A DNA stretch of 64,000 bases, from assembly GCA_963840695.1 (NCBI GenBank), contig CAWIZW010000009.1, forward strand, positions 474,467-538,466, read 5' to 3'. Positions 60,061 to 64,000 of the stretch are shown piece by piece; position 1 is the stretch's first letter; every line of letters starts with the position of its first letter. The notes under the pieces were generated by a model. It saw only the letters and a list, made by a program, of their open reading frames with translations. It was not told the DNA's origin and made no database searches. Position numbers and translations under genes: made by a program. This DNA is from an uncultured Acidimicrobiia bacterium. GTDB taxonomy: Bacteria > Actinomycetota > Acidimicrobiia > Acidimicrobiales > JACDCH01.

Positions 60061-61063
60061 ATGGCCGAACGCCCGATCCGCTTCGAGCACTTCCAGCTGG
60101 CTCGGCGACAAGCGCACCCAGGTCGTCTACGACGTCGACGCCGCGCCCAGGACACCATCGACGACATCGTCGCCGCCGAGGCCGGGCTGGCCTTCGGGCC
60201 CGACACCCTGCCCGAGGCCCGCAACCGCTGCTACCGCCCGCACGCCCGGTCGACCTCGGGGCTCGCAGCCGCTGAGCGCGAGCTCGTGGAGCACACCTTC
60301 CCCTCGGGCGGGCTGAACGCTGCGGGCGCACCTCGCCCGGCCCGGCGACCCGGCGGGCGAACGCCGACCCCCGGCGCTCGTCGTCGTCCACGGCTTCCCC
60401 GGCGGGCGTCGGCGGGCGCCGACTCCGCGGCCGCGTCGTTCCCCGAGCTCGGCGACCGCATCGCCAGCGAGCTGGGCTGGTCTGGTGCTCGTCCCGGCGC
60501 TGCGGGGCGCCAGCGGACTCCGAGGGCCACTTCTCGCCTCGTCGGCTGGCTCGAGGACATCGTCGCCGCCATCGCCCACCTGCGGCGCCAGCGAGCGGCC
60601 GGGCGGCATCTGGCTGGCCGGCTTCGGCACCGGCGGCGCCCTGGCGGTCTGCGCCGCCGGCGCGCGAGCCCGGCGATCAAGGGCGTCGCCGCCCTCGGCG
60701 CGCCCGCCGACTTCGACGACTGGGCCAGCCAGCCCCGGCGGCTCCTCGAGCACGCCCGCAGCATCGGGCTCATCCGCGATCCCGGCCTTCCCGCCGGCGC
60801 TCGACCGGTGGTCGAAGGAGCTGCGCCAGGTGCGGGCCGACCAGTGCATGGGGATCGGTCGCGCCCCGGCCGGTGCTCGTCGTGCACGGGACCGACGACG
60901 AGTCGGTGCCCGCAGTTCGACGCCCGCGTGCTCGCCGACGCCCACGGCGACGCGGAGCTGCGGATGATCGCCGGCGCCGGCCACGCCCTGCGTCACGACC
61001 CCCGGGCCGTCGCCGTCCTCCTCGGGCTGGCTCGACCGCCAGCGCACCGCCCAGTACGTGTAG
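60061..61063 (+). CDS. alpha/beta hydrolase-fold protein, heavily frameshifted as given
   Basis: Motifs ALVVVHGFPGG, GIWLAGFGTGGALAV (Gly where the nucleophile Ser is expected), VLVVHGTDDESVP and IAGAGHALRHDP. The N-terminal 70 codons are uncertain. Confidence 0.6.
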
Positions 61064-61253
61064 CGTGCCTACGCGGCGCGTCGGTGCGGATCGTCTGCAC
61101 GTCGTCGAACGGCACCATCACGTCGTCCTCGCCGTCGTCGACCAGCCAGATGCTCCTGGACGTGCAGGACAGCAGCCTGCCGTGGAGCGCACCCTCGCCG
61201 GTCTCGACGGTGACCGACGACCCAACCATGTGGCGCACTTCCTGGTTGCTCAT
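60993..61253 (-). CDS. small hypothetical protein
   Basis: MSNQEVRHMVGSSVTVETGEGALHGRLLSCTSRSIWLVDDGEDDVMVPFDDVQTI.... The 3' end overlaps the convergent hydrolase gene and is probably over-extended. Confidence 0.35.
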   Translation of the reverse strand: MSNQEVRHMVGSSVTVETGEGALHGRLLSCTSRSIWLVDDGEDDVMVPFDDVQTIRTDAPRRHATRTGRCAGGRASPRRTATARGS

Positions 61254-61453
61254 GCTCCAGCGGTTTACCGCCCACCCACCACCGTTTCGTGGATGGTCGA
61301 CGGAAGTTCACACTTCTCCGCGGCGGACCGGTAGGCGAAGGCGAAGCCGTACCGCTCGGCGGTGGTTCGTCGCGCCCTTGACGATCGATCGGTACGTAGG
61401 GGCGCACCTACGGATCGTGTGTACGAACCGATGCTGGTGTGGACACCCGTAGG

Positions 61454-61831
61454 TCAGGACTTCACGGGCGAGTCGTGGTCCTTCACCATGCGCCGGTATT
61501 CGAGGCGAGAACGGAAGTCGCGCCACCGGGCCCTGACGCCGACAACGATGAGCCAGATGCCGACGACGGCGACGAGGCCGGCGACGGCGAGCTTGATGAT
61601 CCGGATGCCCTTGACGCTGTCCTCGGCGACCGCGCACTCGCTCTCCGATCGATCGTCACCGGCAAAGCGTCCGACAGCTGCGCCGTCGAGGCACTCGACC
61701 TTCACGATCTGGCCGGCTTCGTCGCCTGAGCCGGCGATCTCCGCCGTGTAGGTGCCGACCGGCTCTTGGAACACCAGCAGCCCGGCAATGCCGGCGGCCA
61801 GCAGCACTAACCCGACCACGATCCGTCCCAT
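61454..61831 (-). CDS. hypothetical two-TM membrane protein
   Basis: From the ATG at 61831 inside track ORF 61454..61939: MGRIVVGLVLLAAGIAGLLVF...IIKLAVAGLVAVVGIWLIVVGV. Confidence 0.5.
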   Translation of the reverse strand: MGRIVVGLVLLAAGIAGLLVFQEPVGTYTAEIAGSGDEAGQIVKVECLDGAAVGRFAGDDRSESECAVAEDSVKGIRIIKLAVAGLVAVVGIWLIVVGVRARWRDFRSRLEYRRMVKDHDSPVKS

Positions 61832-61935
61832 CAGGCCCAGATGAGACCGTGTCGGCTGGCTCGGCGCAAGCCCACCCAGCGGTGTTGCACTTGAACGGCG
61901 TTGCGGCACCCGCCGAACTGATGCGCCTCTTGGGG

Positions 61936-63027
61936 TCAAGCGGCGATCTCGGAGGTGGCGTCGGTTGGGTGGGCGGCGGTGATGGCTTGGATGTCGTGGT
62001 AGATCTCGCGGGCGATGTAGCGCTTGAGGCAGCGGATGGCGTCGCGTTTGCTGTGGCCGTCGGCGACGCGGCGTTCGAGGTAGGCGATGGTGGGCGCGTG
62101 GCGGCTGCGGATGCGGACCATGACGATGGTCCAGAGCGCGGAGTTGGCCTGTCGGTCACCGGCGCGGTTGAGGCGTCGCCGGTTCGAGTTGCCGGTTGAG
62201 ATCGGCACCGGCGCGGTGCCGCAGAGCGACGCGAAGCTCGCTTCGGTGGCGAGCCGTTCGGGGTTGTCGCCGGCGGTGCACAGCAGCGCGCCGGCGGTCT
62301 CGTAGCCGAGGCCGTGGCGGGCGAGCAGCGGCGCGGCGATGGTGTCGAGGATGGTCTTGATGGCCTGGTCGAGCTCGGCGATCTCGGCGTCGAGCGCGAG
62401 CCAGCGGCGGGCGATGGCAGGCCAGGGCCCGCTTGGCGGCGCCGGTCGGGGTGAGCAGATCGCCGGGCCGGTAGCGGGCTGCGACGCGTCGACCTGGCGG
62501 CGGGTGGTGAGCCCGCGGAGCTGTTGCGCGGATCGGCGTCGGGGGCGGTGTCACAGACGCTGTGGAGCTGGTTGGCCGCCGCGGTGCGGGCCTTCATCGC
62601 GCCTGCTCGGGCGACGCGGAGCTGGCGGAGCGCTTCGACGGGTCCGTCCCGGCCTTGGGGCTGGCGGTGGCGTCGCCGGCGAGCACGGCCCGGGCGGCCA
62701 TCTCGGCGTCGATGCGGTCGGACTTGCCCTTGCGTCGCCGCTTGTGCCGGTCGGGCTGGTTGACCTCGATCACGTTCAGACCCCGGGCCCGGAGATGCCG
62801 GCACAGCCCAGCACCCCAGGACCCGGTGCCTTCGACCCCGATGGCGAGGACCTCACCGAAGCCGGTCACCCAGCCGGTGAGATCCCGGTAGCCGCGCGGG
62901 GTGGCCGCGAACGCTGGCGGTGTCGAGCTTGCGGCCGAGCTCGTCGAGCACGACCGCGACATGGAACTCCTTGTGGGTGTCGACCCCGGCGATGACACGC
63001 CGGTCGTCGCTCTGCGATGGTGGTCAC
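61936..63027 (-). mobile_element. IS110-family transposase (DEDD recombinase), frameshifted as given
   Basis: N-terminal VIAGVDTHKEFHVAVVLDELG and IGVEGTGSWGAGLCRHLRARGLNVIEVNQ. The C-terminal block reads SGNSNRRRLNRAGDRQANSALWTIVMVRIR...YLERRVADGHSKRDAIRCLKRYIAREIY. At least 4 frame changes. The GTG start is at 63027. Confidence 0.85.
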
Positions 63028-63352
63028 TGCCGCCCTCTTTCGTATGGGTTGGGGGTGGCACGCACGGCCGGGAGGGTGGACAGGACAGGGAGCAGGCCTG
63101 GTAGCTCAGGCGCCTCTTAGGTCACGTTCACCCGACCGGTTGTGCCAACGACAGGACCCGGCTCGCTCGGCCGACAGGTCAGTTCAAGGACACCCGAAGG
63201 GTCGAGCCGATCAGTGGGTCAGACCGAGCGAGCGAGGTCCTGCCGCTTGCTAGCAGCCGCACCACACGACCGCTCCGACATCATCCCTGCCGATCGGGCG
63301 GCGGACAACGCGGCGCGTGGTGGATGGATCAGTAGGGGCCTGGAGTGCTGGG

Positions 63353-63745
63353 ATGGAGGGTGTGACTTGCTCCGTCATCCCTGTTCTGATCTACGAAGAC
63401 ATCGAGCGTGCACACGACTACCTCGTGCGGGTCTTCGGCTTCACCTCAGACGGCATCGATCGAGCACCCGACGGCTCCGTGATCCACGGCGAAGTACGTC
63501 TCGGTCAGGCACGCATCTGGTTGCACCGAGTCACCGACGACCTGGCCTCGCCCGCGATGCTCACCCGCCTGAACGGCGGGCTCGTCGTACATGTCGAGGA
63601 CGTCGACGTGTATTTCGCTCGTGCTCGCGACGCTGGCGCGTTCATCGATCGTGAGCCCGATGATCAGCCGTACGGGCAGCGAGAGTACGGAGCACGCGAC
63701 CTTGAAGGCCATCACTGGTGGTTCGCCACGCCAACGGCGTGCCGC
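63353..63745 (+). CDS. VOC-family (glyoxalase/bleomycin-resistance fold) protein
   Basis: MEGVTCSVIPVLIYEDIERAHDYLVRVFGF...HGEVRLGQARIWLH...PYGQREYGARDLEGHHWWFATP. Track ORF 63317..63994 runs on into non-coding-looking sequence, so the 3' end is approximate. Confidence 0.65.
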
Positions 63746-64000
63746 GCTGTCGGACCGGTAGCAGCGCCACCTTTAGGGCGGACACAGGACGCACCTATCT
63801 GCCGATCGATCGCCGCCGTGGCCGGCTCCGCAGCGGGCACTATGGCGCGGGTGGGCATGCGGTTCTGCCCCCCTCATCTTTCACAACCCGCCAGGGCGCA
63901 CCGACATCTGCCTGCCGAACTAGTTGCGCAAGGACCTGTACGGCACCGGACTCGACCACATGAGCATCCGGCGAAACGAAAGGAAGCATGGTGACGGCAC

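Noticed and set aside
59832-60275. ORF 59832..60275, preceded by AAAGGAGG, as a real small protein gene.
   Set aside because: The translation is Arg/Pro-rich and low in coding character. The GGAGG lies at the end of the LuxR gene's possible reading frames. The ORF runs across the better-supported hydrolase start at 60061.
61936-63027. Programmed ribosomal frameshifting in the transposase gene.
   Set aside because: To my knowledge IS110-family transposases are not made by programmed frameshifting. The gene needs at least four shifts at unrelated positions, consistent with the window-wide indel noise.

Overview
About 70% GC chromosomal segment that looks actinobacterial (Actinomycetota-like), judged from an F420/LLM-rich enzyme set, a SUF operon with an embedded Rieske gene, and a LuxR/LAL regulator. 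I could support about 65 protein genes, one tRNA, one IS110-family insertion sequence, one VapC/Phd-type toxin-antitoxin pair and several families of palindromic intergenic repeats. There is no rRNA and no CRISPR array. The content is mostly housekeeping and redox metabolism: class I and class II fumarases, SUF Fe-S assembly split into two oppositely oriented loci with two sufC copies, acyl-CoA metabolism, MutY, an ABC-F ATPase, a GGDEF-EAL protein, and many hydrolases and oxidoreductases.

Major caveat: well over half of the genes can only be read by hopping between frames. I estimate 80-100 single-base frame changes in the window. Two were checked by hand and both sit in short C runs. Essential single-copy genes such as sufB and sufD are hit several times without internal stops, so I treat these as sequence-quality indels rather than pseudogenes. 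Coordinates of frameshifted genes, especially their ends, are therefore approximate.

The most interesting signal is a small minus-strand gene (29345-29875) whose frame reads through a TGA into the motif U-G-S-C-x2-C. A perfect hairpin starts 11 nt downstream of that TGA, as expected for a SECIS element. This makes it a candidate UGSC-type selenoprotein, translationally coupled to an upstream thioredoxin-like fusion protein of unknown function.

Other points worth a second look:
- a 74-nt tRNA with anticodon UAA but no long variable arm
- a shared palindrome upstream of both suf loci
- a formaldehyde-activating-enzyme homolog co-transcribed with a 2OG oxygenase
- an SMC/YhaN-like coiled-coil membrane protein with a degenerate P-loop
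- a tandem hairpin array at 50.2 kb
- a structured intergenic region at 59.9 kb
- the non-coding end of the IS110 element, a possible bridge RNA

All functional calls rest on motifs I recognise by eye. No database search was run.
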